From Eledone cirrhosa (Eukaryota), in the NCBI GenBank assembly GCA_964016885.1, contig OZ024745.1, forward strand, positions 69,998,001 to 70,062,000: a stretch of 64,000 nucleotides of DNA. The letters run 5' to 3'. Below are positions 12,578 to 25,270 of this stretch, one piece after another; positions within the stretch are counted from its first letter, which is position 1; every line of letters starts with the position of its first letter. The notes beneath the pieces were generated by a model, which made no database searches, was not told the DNA's origin, and worked only from the letters and a program-made list of their open reading frames with translations. A program made the position numbers and the translations under genes.

Positions 12578-13039
12578 AATCACGCACATGAACACAAACG
12601 TACGCATAATAGAGGAAAATAAACACTTATATAAGCACCAATAGGCATTTATTTACACACAAAAGTCAACTTATCGCGCACGTAAACATGCATATGTACG
12701 TTTTCTCTGCTCATTTTCGTGTCAATGTGTCGATGTATATTATGCATACATATGTATTCAGAATTACACGCAGGTAGATACACAGATTTATTTAGGTTAA
12801 TACATATAAGTGTGAAAACAGTCTTATTTTGCATGTTCTAATTAATAGAAATATCGGTAGTGGGATTGTATAGTGAATATGCAAAATATTGACTTCTGAG
12901 TAAATAAAACACCTGAAGTAAAGGTCTTATATAAATTTTAAAAATTGTGGATCGACTTTCGTCAAATCGGACCGAGGATACAATGTTTCCGTTGGTCTCT
13001 CCAATTGCTAATACTATCTCTCGGTCGCAACTCCAGGTA

Positions 13040-13116
13040 GAAGGACATAATGCATCACCCGGTCTAGGAATCGAACTGTCAACCTCACGATTGTAAATCC
13101 AGTTCTCTAACCAGTC
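13040..13116 (-). mobile_element. tRNA-derived SINE head
   Basis: Minus strand tggttagag (A box) ... gttcgattcc (B box). Confidence 0.65.
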
Positions 13117-13295
<179 letters not shown>

Positions 13296-13331
13296 TTATT
13301 ATTATGTAATAAACAACATAAGGCAATTATT

Positions 13332-13387
13332 CCATTTACCAGTGGTTTCTTAAAAGCAAAAGGTTTTGCTTTCAATCCTCAGAATGA
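13332..13387 (-). ncRNA. Type I hammerhead ribozyme (mirror copy)
   Basis: Reverse complement of 13429-13484. Confidence 0.87.
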
Positions 13388-13428
13388 AAAATCCTGGTTT
13401 GTTTATTGAATAAACAAACCAGGATTTT

Positions 13429-13484
13429 TCATTCTGAGGATTGAAAGCAAAACCTTTTGCTTTTAAGAAACCACTGGTAAATGG
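13429..13484 (+). ncRNA. Type I hammerhead ribozyme
   Basis: tcatt CTGAGGA ttgaaagcaaa/tttgcttttaa GAA ACCA c TGGT A / aatgg. Confidence 0.9.
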
Positions 13485-13590
13485 AATAATTGCCTTATGT
13501 TGTTTATTACATAATAATAATAATTAAGCTCTGTTGCTTACATAGAGCACTCTTTTTTCCTGGACTTTTCCGATGGAATTACTTCATTTC

Positions 13591-13671
<81 letters not shown>

Positions 13672-14147
13672 TTACGGATACTATTTATGGTTATGTATAT
13701 ACTAAAACCTTTTATAGTTATATATATTTTAAACCCTAAATAGTGAAAGACAGTAATTTATTACTATCTTATTACCAGTAAGATAAATAGCTCAATGTAA
13801 CAACATCAGTTGTTTTACAGAGCAGTTATATAGAAAGTACATGAATCAAAGTTCTGTCTAAATCATGTATTTGCTTACTGTGACTGTTGCATACACTGGC
13901 TACTCAAAACTATCCTCTAGCTTTACCTTCGTAAACTGCTAATGTTTTATTTTAATTTTAATTTTAATTTTAATTTTAACTTTAACTTTAATTTTGTCCT
14001 TTAATATGACTGTAATCTTTGTATGTAAATTGCCATGCTATATTATTATAATGGATGTCAACCCACTGTGGGTCAATATATACATATGTTTCTATATGTC
14101 TATTGTGTTGAAAAGGAGGTCAAGTATGTAAAAGAATCACTGAATAA

Positions 14148-14196
14148 TTGCTCCGAAGACTCCAAACCTCGGTTTGGAAGAAACAATTGTAAGCAA
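14148..14196 (+). ncRNA. Type I hammerhead ribozyme (CCGAAGA core variant), family D
   Basis: ttgct CCGAAGA c tccaaac ctcg gtttgga a GAA ACA at TGT A / agcaa, then AATAAA and (TA)n about 40 nt later. Confidence 0.8.
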
Positions 14197-14234
14197 ATAA
14201 ATGATTTAAACAGAACTTTGATTCATGTACTTTC

Positions 14235-14287
<53 letters not shown>

Positions 14288-14405
14288 AGAGAGAGATATA
14301 TAGATAGAAAGAGAGAGATTTCCGTATGTGGTGGATGACTGATAGAGAGGAGTACTCATCCCGAAGTGGAGGTTTAATATTCATTTTAATAAGCCTACTT
14401 AAGTC

Positions 14406-14451
14406 TTGTTACTCCGAAGTTTCGCACGTTTATCACTGGCTCTTCGTACAA
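14406..14451 (-). ncRNA. Degenerate hammerhead ribozyme, family E
   Basis: Minus strand ttgt aCGAAGA gc..gc GAA ACT tcgg AGT A / acaa; core positions 3-4 altered. Confidence 0.55.
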
Positions 14452-14462
14452 AAGTTCTTAAA

Positions 14463-14510
<48 letters not shown>

Positions 14511-14511
<1 letters not shown>

Positions 14512-14697
14512 CGAAGGAAGTGTGCTAAGGAACCAGGTGGACCATAACGCACCAGAGTACTCAATACTTTGGGTAGTAGAGTGGGTAATAGGAAAATGTT
14601 CAAGACCCCGATGGCAGACCTTAAGCCGTTTCGACAGCTATTTCAGAAATAGACGTCGAAATGGCTTGAGCTCTGCCGTTTGGGTCTTGAACATTTT

Positions 14698-14702
<5 letters not shown>
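14511..14702 (-). mobile_element. TA-inserted fold-back element, family A, copy 2
   Basis: Homologous to 3980-4179; arms 14588-14644/14646-14702. Confidence 0.82.
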
Positions 14703-14783
<81 letters not shown>

Positions 14784-15544
14784 TGTATAAGTTGGAACGC
14801 CGGTGGTCAGATAACTGTATGTTAATATTAGAGGTCTTTTCGTTAATCTTGCAAATAGAACACTACTCAGAACCAACGTAGTTCCAACAACAGTTAGAAT
14901 CCGGTATGGTCAGCTATGTGCAAAGCTGTATAAATCCAAATGGTGTTGAATGCATTTAATGGTTATTATATCTCTTTTAATTTAGAGATTTAAAATTATA
15001 CTCACATCAAATTCATTTAATCTTCTCATTTATTCATCATCTAATACGAATTGGTTAGTAATCAACCAGCTTTGAAGTACTGACTCACATTTATATTACA
15101 TCAAATAAATGAATATATGTCTGCATTGCGTTAGATACGTTTACCACAAAAACTACATTTGCTTGCTAAATATGTACATGCAGCCATGCTTAAGTCCATA
15201 TCCGGGGCATTGAAATCACCGCAGCATTGGGAGACAAAGAAGTTAACTTAACAGATTTAAACCAACTATTTGTAGTACGTGTTACCTCTATATCAAATTT
15301 TTCCTGACAATCTTCCATTACCACAAGGAACAGCGCATAAGAACAATTCTCTCTGATTTTCTCTTCGTCTCATAAACGGGTTATTATAAAATGTAAGGAA
15401 AACGCTATTGGTTTCTTTTTTTGTTCTTCTCCATTTACTCTAGTTTCACCATTTCTCCTCGCATTTACTCGATTTTCTAAGCACACACACACAAACACAC
15501 ACACACACGCAAACATACATATAATTATTCAGGCCCATTACTAT

Positions 15545-15782
15545 AATTATTTCTACGTTTGGCACAAGGCCAGCAATTATCTCAGTGTATTACTGGTACT
15601 TTATTTATCAACACCGTATGGATGAAAGGCAAAGTTAACCTCGGCAGCATTTGAACTCAGAATGACAAGGGCCGTAACTCTGTTAACCTCGGCAGGATTT
15701 GAACTCGGAATGGCAAGGGCCGTAACTCTATGCACCAAAGCATGGCGTCCGACCCTCTACTGATACTGCCAATCCACCGCCC
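15545..15782 (-). mobile_element. tRNA-derived SINE family 1 with internal 48-bp tandem duplication
   Basis: Matches 18313-18499, 43954-44169, 44694-44882, 61619-61798; B-box gagttcaaat duplicated. Confidence 0.88.
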
Positions 15783-15831
15783 ATTACTATAATGGCGCCA
15801 TGCTAGCTACGTACGTTTCGTTAGTATAGAT

Positions 15832-15989
15832 TAGTGGTCCCCAAAGTGAGTTCCGCAAAGGAGTGTATTGGGTTCCGTGAACAAAGTAGAGGAACATATT
15901 TATATTACGACCATATAGACTTTGGGGTTCCCCCAAACCTTTCTGAGCCAAAAACTGTTCTGCCTTTGAAAATGTTTGGGAAACCCAGG
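15832..15989. mobile_element. hAT/Charlie-like MITE, decayed
   Basis: Ends tagtggtccccaaa ... tttgggaaacccagg; internal ggggttcc motifs. Confidence 0.6.
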
Positions 15990-16034
15990 TTTAGATGACT
16001 AACTGTTACTCTGGAGTTTCTCATGTACATTTCC

Positions 16035-16205
<171 letters not shown>

Positions 16206-16985
16206 GTGCGTGTGTCTACGTGTGTCTGTATGTGTCATCTATTCCAAGGTTTCCCCTCGCCCAGTTAGAGTGATTCTGTATAACATTATCACATAAATCT
16301 AAGGAAGTCGTTAACTATCTATGTCCAACGCCACGACTTCGTCATCCAATTAAAGCCGCAACAGCAAGCAGCTGTTCTCTACACTAGCGGCAGATAAAGC
16401 CGCTATCGTTTGCAAGATGTTAATTCAGACAACACTAAATTCTAAAGAAAAGCGCTGGCCAACAAGAAGCAAGGCAGGGCAGCCAGTACTATAATATCGA
16501 GCTTCTTTAGCAACGGTATCTAATTTCTTCTGGCGCCAGATGATTTGCTAATTTCCCTCTATATCACATTTAAATTACCAACATAGGTATTCTGTCGCGT
16601 CAGCAAACCAAAATTACTATAACGTCTCTAAACTTGATGTCGATTAGAAGTGGGCAAATTTAATCATTCTCTGTACACAGCAATCACACACAATTGTGCA
16701 TACACGTAGACGACACGCTCAGATATATGTAAATAAATAAATACATATATGTGTGTGTATGTTTATGCTTATTTAAATATATAAATATATATAAATATAT
16801 ATATAAATATATATTAATATATATATAAATATATAAATATATATATACATAAGCATAAACATATATATATATATGTACGTAAGCATAAACATACATATAT
16901 ATATATATATATATCTGTGTGTGTGAATCTATATATATATGTATGTGTATGTATATATAACTATGTATTTATGTATATACATATA

Positions 16986-17056
<71 letters not shown>

Positions 17057-17609
17057 GTATGGGTATATATTTCGTTTTTCTAATTGTTTTGTAAGATATC
17101 TTATCTCAAAACGTGTGTTGAAATATATATTGTTATACTTTGGCGGGTCATGCTGCCATTAAAAACACACAGACCTTTGGGATTTCACTTCAGTTCACAG
17201 TTTAAGAAGCGGATGGGTGTTTGTTAGTTGAGTGTCAAATCTGAGTGACTACATTTTTTATCTTGTACTTTGCTAGGGCTACTTTTGTGCGCATATATAC
17301 ATGAATATTTGTATGTGTGTGTGTGTGTGACTCCATTAATATCTGCCTGCGCATGTGCGTGCGTGTTGGTATGTTAGTTGGACATGTAAAGTCTAGCTTG
17401 TGTTGTAATCATTTATCGCAAACTGGAAGTGAAATGAAAAGTTGACCCTTTAGAGGGAGGTGCTACGGGTGTCACACTACGGTGACACAGTATAAGGTTG
17501 TCGCATCAGAAGTGACAATTTAGACTGGACAGGCTTCGCCCACCATGTAAATAAAAACATTTTAAAAATTAATAAATAGATGTTTACTTCATACACACAC
17601 AAACACACA

Positions 17610-17711
<102 letters not shown>

Positions 17712-17721
17712 ATTTTTTCAT

Positions 17722-17947
17722 TGTTCATACAGGGAACAAAGAGCGATTCCTAATGTTTCAATGTCTAATTATGACCATCACCACAGATTGTGTGCGTTGA
17801 TACAGAGTAAAAGAGCGATCCACTTTGTTACCTACTCATCGGGCGCTTCACTATTCTACTCTGCACCATTTTGTAGAATCTGGAGAGATGGTCATAATTG
17901 GAATTTCAATCAATAGTAATACTTTTTTGTTCCATGCATAAACATAA
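17722..17947. mobile_element. Decayed MITE-like imperfect inverted repeat
   Basis: aattatgaccatc..cagatt vs aatctg..gatggtcataatt; ggaacaaa vs tttgttcc; starts ta-caggg. Confidence 0.6.
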
Positions 17948-18312
17948 ATAAGCATATGTCAGTTGTCACACCAGATTGAGCTTTATTCCACTTCTTTTTT
18001 TTTCTTTTTCCAGATCCACTGATTTTGTACTACACAGCAAAGTAAACATGGCGGTTCACCCAGCTGAACTGCAGCAGAGTTCAGCCTGAAACTTTTAATA
18101 TCATTCTATAGTATTCGTGATCTTGTTCTCGCCGTTATTGTTTTAAAGTTAGCGTCTCCTAACAGCTTTATTTAAATATTACACGTACCATACAGAGTCA
18201 TAACAAGATTCTCTTCAATATTCTCGAACCTTCCCTATGGACTCCTTTACAATACATTGTACAATCGAAATATATTGGAACTAAAAAGTATATTTAAGGT
18301 AACATTATTACA

Positions 18313-18499
18313 ATTGGCAGTATCGGTAGAGGGTCGGACGCCATGCTTTGACGCATAGAGTTGCGGTCCTTGCCATTCTGAGTTCGAATCCCGCCAAGGT
18401 TAACTTTGCCTTTCATTCTTACGGGGTCGATAAAATAAAGTACCAGTAATGCACTGGTTAATTGCTGGCCTTGTGCCAAAAGTAGAAACAATTATTACT
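18313..18499 (+). mobile_element. tRNA-derived SINE family 1
   Basis: tggcagtatcggtagag (A box), gagttcgaatccc (B box), gcctttcat..ggggtcgataaaataaagtacc core, tail gtagaaacaattatta. Confidence 0.9.
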
Positions 18500-18849
18500 G
18501 ATTCTTTTCTTCAGTAATAATTGTTTCTACGTTTGGCACAAGGCCAGCAATTAGCCAAAGTACCAGTAATGCTCTGGGTAGTTACTGGCTTTGTGCCAAA
18601 CGTAGAAACAATTATTACTGATTCTTTTCTTTTTTGTTTTCACCCAATCATACCTCTCTCATTACTCACCTGATTTTTATGCCTTAATATTTTCAACCTC
18701 ATTTCAATTGTAGCGGCTTCCAAGTTATCACATACGTATATAAGTATGTATGAAACGGACAGCGTCACTGTCTCGTTCATATATATCTTTCTCTTCATAT
18801 TTTATATACATATATACCAAACCCTCTCTGTCACTTCTGTCTATATACA

Positions 18850-19063
18850 GGGGCGACCGGCAAAGGTAGAAGATGCTGGATGGCGGTCGCCCTCGGGTCT
18901 TTGATTTTCAACCCAATGGATTTTATCTATTACATTCACTTATTATATTTCGAATACCTGATGATATCACCGTACTCATACGGAACCGGGTCATTGAAAT
19001 GATCATAGTATAATAAACCTTTCAAGGATTTACACAAATCCAGCCTCCTGTCATTTCATCATA

Positions 19064-19065
<2 letters not shown>
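18850..19065 (+). mobile_element. About 215-bp hammerhead-bearing element, family F, copy 1
   Basis: Homologous end to end with 49559-49772; 5' GC hairpin, hammerhead, AATAAA, (TA)n. Confidence 0.85.
18954..19011 (+). ncRNA. Type I hammerhead ribozyme
   Basis: atac CTGATGA t atcacc..ggtcat t GAA ATGA TCAT A / gtat. Confidence 0.82.
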
Positions 19066-19128
<63 letters not shown>

Positions 19129-19957
19129 CAGGCATGGCTATGTGCTCAAGGAATTCACATTAGTCCCATACCCTTCCACAGTATTAGTTACTTTTCTATT
19201 GCCTGAAAAGAAGCTGCATTTCTCAAGCGGGTGTGAATGGATTGAGCGCATGTGGAGTGGGGGTAGCTACACAGTTGCTACACATTCGACGAGTATGCAT
19301 GGAGATGAGATTCCAAGATTCACAGATATTACCTGTAGAAATTGAGGTTTCGTGCAAACGATCGCTTGCCAAGATGGAAATATATTATAGATCGAAAATT
19401 TAGTTTGTTCAAATCACAGGTTTAATGTTACAACCTATGCTTTATTTGGGGTTTGTGTAATTCCAGCACAGTTTAGTGTGATCTATATTTATTACTTGTG
19501 GTTTATACTTAATATAAATGGTTCTGAATGCAACCAATTTTCGATCGAATCGTAGGAAATATCATTGCCTAATAACACGCTTTATGATTTCAAGAATCTA
19601 TTACTTGTCGCCTGTCTAAAAGGTTTCTTTTTTTCTAGAATAGTCTATGATTCTGCATAGGTAATATTTTGTTCTTAATTGTCAAATTATCATTCTCATT
19701 TAAATTTTCTATAAAAAATTCCTTATTTTTAAGCAGGTTAAAACTGTAATTTACATATTATAAAACTAATGCTGTTTAGTAGATTTTACTTTGGAAGAAC
19801 ACGCGTCCTAATTCACCTATAATAAATATATAATAATGATTGTTACGTTTTGAATTTTTATTAATGTTTGAGAATATAATTAGATAAATAATTTCATAGG
19901 ATGGGGGCAGTTTTTTTTCAAAACGTTTTAAAGATATATTTATAGCCCCATATAGTG

Positions 19958-20280
19958 GTGTAGGATTTAAGCACAAGGTAAATAATGTTTGGGAAGAGGA
20001 ACAATCGATCTAATCCTAGTGTATGACTGTTACTTTATGTTATCGGCCACATAAGGATGACATGCAAAGCTAACCTCACCATGATTTGACATCAGAACTT
20101 AAAGGGTAGTAATTATATACCGGAAAGCATGTTGTCCGATTCTTTACTGATACAGCCAATTCACCGTCCTATAAGAGGGTTTCTGATTTAGACACAATGC
20201 CATCAGTTTGTGGGGGTGTGGTTAAGAAAGTCGACTAAATCGACCACAGTGTGTTACTGGTACTTCATGTTATCGACTGA
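19958..20280 (-). mobile_element. Two diverged SINE family 1 pieces
   Basis: gcacaagg..tactttatgttatcg..aggatga..caaagctaacctc..; second tail fragment about 20180-20280. Confidence 0.65.
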
Positions 20281-21389
20281 TGTCTTTAATCAGAGAGATT
20301 ATGAGATATTTTATTATATGAAATGTCTAATAACTTATATAATATATATTGTATGAATTATTCAACACTAGTTCAATAGGAATAATTATATCATAAATAT
20401 CTGTCAGTATTTCTCAATGTTTTTTAATTACGAGATAATTTGTAAATATAAATTTTAAGACATTTAATTTACTCAAACTAATTTTTCTCGTTTTCTGTGT
20501 TACTATTTTCCGCGTCTTTTATAATTTTTTATATCTTTTTATAGTTATAATACAAAATAATATTTTGTTAATAGAATTCTATTAATTTCATAAAATAGTT
20601 GTAAAATATTCCTGATATTGTGATTAACATAATAACATTCTATATAAATTTTATAATCTACTTCTAACTTAGCATTGTGTATGTTGATGCGTATTCATTT
20701 AAAATTAAATTAAAAACAAATTTCGAGACCTGTTATCCCTTTAAATTTAATAATACAATTAAGAATTAATAGTTTGTTTATAAGTTAGATATTATACTAA
20801 TTTAGTTAACTATCAATTTGTTTAGTCTTATCATTTACCTTATTTCCATAACATATAATACATCCAGCCTTGTGTCATATATCGTTTACAATATTAATTA
20901 ACTTATAATATTTAAGCAGTTGACACATCGTACTTGTATTTTCTGTTATATTATTTTCGTTACATTTTAATATAATTCCTTTCAGTTTATATTTCCTATA
21001 ACTTCTGTAGATATTGTATAGATATATTCAATATAGCGTTTCACGTTCTGTTTTTTCTTTCTTTCTTTTCAATTTCGCTTTTTCTTATGTAGATATAATG
21101 AAGCTGCTAGTCATTTGTAAAAGTTTATTAAATACCATGCCGTTGTTGTGCTTATAGAGGGGCAATTATGCGGATATTGCTTCGTTGCAGTTCGTGTAAA
21201 TTCTCTGAAGTCACACGAATGAAGGAAAGTAGTCACTAATTACTTGATTCAACACGGTTATGTTATATAAATGCGCCTATAATATATATGAATAACTTGG
21301 GCAAACTTTTAAAATTTTCGTTTTTACTTTTATACTGGTTGATTTTGTAGAGAAAAAACTACTTAATTTTCATTAGGACGGATATATTT

Positions 21390-22335
21390 GCCTGTTGAAG
21401 CTTAGGCTGTGGATGGTGCAAGTTTATGCACCAAACAATGAGTCTGAATACAGATTCTTCCTTGATGAGGTAACTGTTCTGACAGATGTAGTTAAGGCCG
21501 AGTCGTATGTCCTAATAAGAGACTTCAACGCACATGTTGGCATCGACCACTTGACATGGACAGGAATGATTGGAAGGAATGGAGAGGCCTTATTAGACTT
21601 CTATTCTAGCAATGGACTATACATTTTTATGATGCCGAGGGCTGCAGGACTGGAATGAAAATCAGTACCGCAAAGAATAAGAGACTTGTCCTTCTTTCAA
21701 AGGAGCCTACACAGTGCACTCTACACGTGAATGAATTTCCACAGAAGTAGGTGGAGAATTTCAAGTATGTCGGGGGCTTTTTTCCCGAGTAATGGAATGC
21801 AGGAGGCTAAATTAAGTGCAATAATAACAGGAGCTGGTCCAGTAATAAGACTGCTTCAGCATTTGGTAATCAGAAGTAGGGAAAATAGCCAAAATCCCTA
21901 TCTTCAATTCGATATTCGTGCCAGCCCTTATCGATGGTCATGAATCTTGTGTAATGTCTAAAAGAATATGATCACGAATGGTAGCGACCAAAAGGGGGTT
22001 CCTTCGAAATATTTACAGTGCACAGCTCGAAGACCATTGGATCGCTTCAGGTTGAGCAGCTACTTCTCTGAATTGAGAGATGACAGCTACGATATTACGG
22101 GCATCTGGTTAGAATGTCCCAGGAAAGGAACTCTGGACATATTTTAAGGCTAAAAACCAACCGGCAGAAGACCAAGTGTTATACATTGATCAATATGTTT
22201 GGATAACATCCATGAGCTCGGGTGGTATCACTTGGGGATCCAGCCGGGTCAATTGGAAACGGTTACTTCTAACAGGACCTACTAGAAATGTTTGAGGACT
22301 CTGTCCCCACGAACCTCTCAGGAATAGTTGGGAGA
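21390..22335 (+). mobile_element. RTE-like LINE remnant, internally deleted (APE fragment joined to post-RT C-terminus)
   Basis: VQVYAPN, IRDFNAHVG, IGRNG; later VENFKY, LL.IER.QLRYYGHLVRM. Confidence 0.75.
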
Positions 22336-22729
22336 GGAAGAAGTATATTAGAATTAGTTTTGAATCGACTTTCCTAACAAATCTTTTCCCCATGTCTTTT
22401 AAATTAGGTACATCGTCCTTGGTCGATAGAACATGATCAACAACATACCATACATCACCATCTCGTTTTTTAGGCATATTCTTCTTTGAATAATACTATC
22501 TAAAGATCCATCTTTCAGAGGTGATAAGCCGTAATTTGAGAACAAATTTGATTTCTAGTTCTCTACGGCCGACCACCAGCATACAAGCTCATATGTTGAC
22601 TTTTCAGTTAATACGATATTACATTATGGGAAACACATCTCTTTAGAAGGTTCCACGGTAAATAAAAGTGTAAGAACTTGTTTAAAAGCTAACCCTAGAT
22701 GAGTAGCTTTTTGTACTGTACTTGTGTGA

Positions 22730-23055
22730 AACCATGATTAGTGGTTAAGGGTTTCGATTCACAGCCATGTGATCTTGGGTTCAACCTTCCTTCATGGCAT
22801 CCTGACCAATATCTTTGCCATAACCAATGATAAACCCAGATCATGTGAGTGACATTGGGCAAAGAGAAACGGTATATAATCTCGTCGTTTGGAAGGTACC
22901 TGTAATTCAAACCTCCAGCATTGTCACATAATGTAACTATTTGATTCATCTTGAGGGTTGCGTGAAGGTTATACGTGTCTGCTAAATACTCAACTACTTT
23001 ATTTATTCATAAATAGGTCGTTCTGTTGTAACCGCAATTGGATCAATCATACTGT
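22730..23055 (+). mobile_element. tRNA-derived SINE family 2, decayed
   Basis: agtggttaagg (A box), gggttcaacc (B box), family 2 body. Confidence 0.6.
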
Positions 23056-24483
23056 CTGATACACTGTGTACTTTTTATATCTTTTTAGACCTTATTATTG
23101 CCTGAAGTATAGAGAACCTTTTTATTGTGTAACTCTGCAATTGTTTTAATGCAACAGAAAAAAATTGATTAATGGATCTCTGTTGTCTTTGCTCGAGATC
23201 ATGACAATTAAACCAGACCTCAATGTTCTTCTTTTCTCCCACAGTTTCCTCTCCCGTTCTTCATTTGTCTGAAAGAATTAGAAGGCCAACAAAATTATAA
23301 TTAAAGAGCTGATATGATAAGCTAAAAATATCTCTGTGCAGCAAAGAAAACAAAACTATCATAAATAAAAATGCAGTGATGGATTAAAAAGCTTTAGCCT
23401 ACTTTTCATAAGAACCAATATTCATGAAAAATATTAGTAGTATTTTGGGAAACTGTTTATCATTGTTTGGTATGACGGTGTATTAATTGAATCGGATTAA
23501 TCCTGTTCTCGGGGTTCCTGTCAATCGTCTAAATATATCATCGAGCTAACATTACTTTGCTCTTTGTCTATTGTGAAACGAATAGCTGTTGTTTTTATTT
23601 ATTTATTTATTCATTTATTTTTATCAGAGCATTTGAGATTGTGAAGATTGTAGTTAATCACGCCAGTTGTTCTACACTGTCTCGTTAAGAGTCACATACT
23701 TTCGAGTTCAATTCGTCCAAATGTTTATATATTTTCTGGTTGAATCATTGTGAGATTATCTGAAACAACGCTTCATGGTTCATGACTCCTTTTGTACTGG
23801 ATTCAAATTCCACCGAGTTTCGATTATGCATTTAAACTTTCAAGTTTACCGAAAATAAATTAACATTACCCATTAAGTTCGAATTAATAAAGTACACACT
23901 AATAAGTAATTACTGGCTTAATGCTTATGTTAGGAACTATTCCGCAAAATGTTGTTGTTGATAATATCTGGTCGGATAGACGCGTACACAAGGCCTTCAT
24001 CCGAACTGTAACCTCCATTCCACTCGTTTTTGTTTCTCAGGAGTAGTTTGTCATTTGTTTTGTCTAATGTCTTATTCTCATTTAATAACTTCATTTCGTT
24101 TGTAATGCTTACCAAAAGACAGAAGGCCTTGTTGGTGTATTCCGTGACTGGAAGTAGAGGGAACGAATTTATATTCAAAGTAGAGATTAGGCCCGCATGC
24201 TTGCACCAAAATGGACTCTGGTGAACAACACCCTAACAATGGACCGTTTACGTCTTAAAACCAAGAAGGCAATAGCAGAATTTAAACTCAGAAGGCAAAG
24301 TGCCAGAATAAAGGCTATAAGGCATCTCGTTCTATTCACAAATATTTGCAAAATTGTATTTCTTTCGTAAAGCTTTCGGTTCCAGGTAGCATGTTGTATG
24401 TTTGAGCGAAACATTTTCTTCCCGCTCCTTTAGTTCACGCAGTTGAAAACATCATGTTGCATCTGTAGTTCAAAGGGGTTTCC

Positions 24484-24620
24484 TCGTCACACTGGTTCTC
24501 ATTGAGACTTAAGTTAAAAGTGCTCGTGTTTCTGGAATAGTCAGCCACTTGAAATTCAATTCACAAAACTGTTCTCTTCTTCGAGCAATTTGAACACTCG
24601 TCGTTGAAAACGACGGTGCT
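24484..24620 (+). mobile_element. SINE family 2 body fragment
   Basis: gtcacactg..cgtgtttctggaatagtcagccacttg..cactcgtcgt. Confidence 0.5.
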
Positions 24621-25221
24621 CCAACAATTAATTTAATACGACAATAGTTATGTATTTACATCACACAGTAATAATTGTAAATCTTTTGATAACTCTAGGA
24701 TTTACTTTTTAAGAATATCCATTATCAAAAGACAAGCATTATTTCCTCATCAGTTTATGTTTTTCAGCTTCATAATCCTTCATTCCCTTGAGATATAAAC
24801 CAAATTAGAACTGCTTGGCTTGGTCTGGCTTGGCTTATTTTCCTGCTTATTTTCCGGGGTTTATTACCCTGAACAATTCATTACAAATATTACTTAGTTC
24901 TCTCCTTGCCACCTGGTGAGTCTTACGAACATTATTTGATTTGTTCTTTCTCTCTCGAACTATTGTTTTTCTTTATATATTGTTCTTGTATTTCACTTAG
25001 CATCATTTTATATGGTTAGCACCTCTTGTTCGTAATATTGCATTTATTATTCCAATAGAAGAAAAAAACACTTTTTAGAAAGCTTTTAAAGACAAGGCCT
25101 GGGGGGAATGAATTAACAGATGTTATTGCCAGGAATATAGTGCAGACGAATTCAAAGTGCCTGTCGTCGGCAACACGCCAGTGCTAATAATAAATAATGG
25201 TAATAATAATAATGATGACGG

Positions 25222-25270
<49 letters not shown>

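Noticed and set aside
12920-12975. Minus-strand TTGACGA motif as a hammerhead
   Set aside because: No GAAA and poor stems
17990-18090. Polypyrimidine-CAG acceptor and AAACATGGCG as a host exon
   Set aside because: Only a tiny ORF and no clear donor; unsupported without RNA data
18313-18395. tRNA gene
   Set aside because: A and B boxes belong to a multi-copy SINE head; no full cloverleaf
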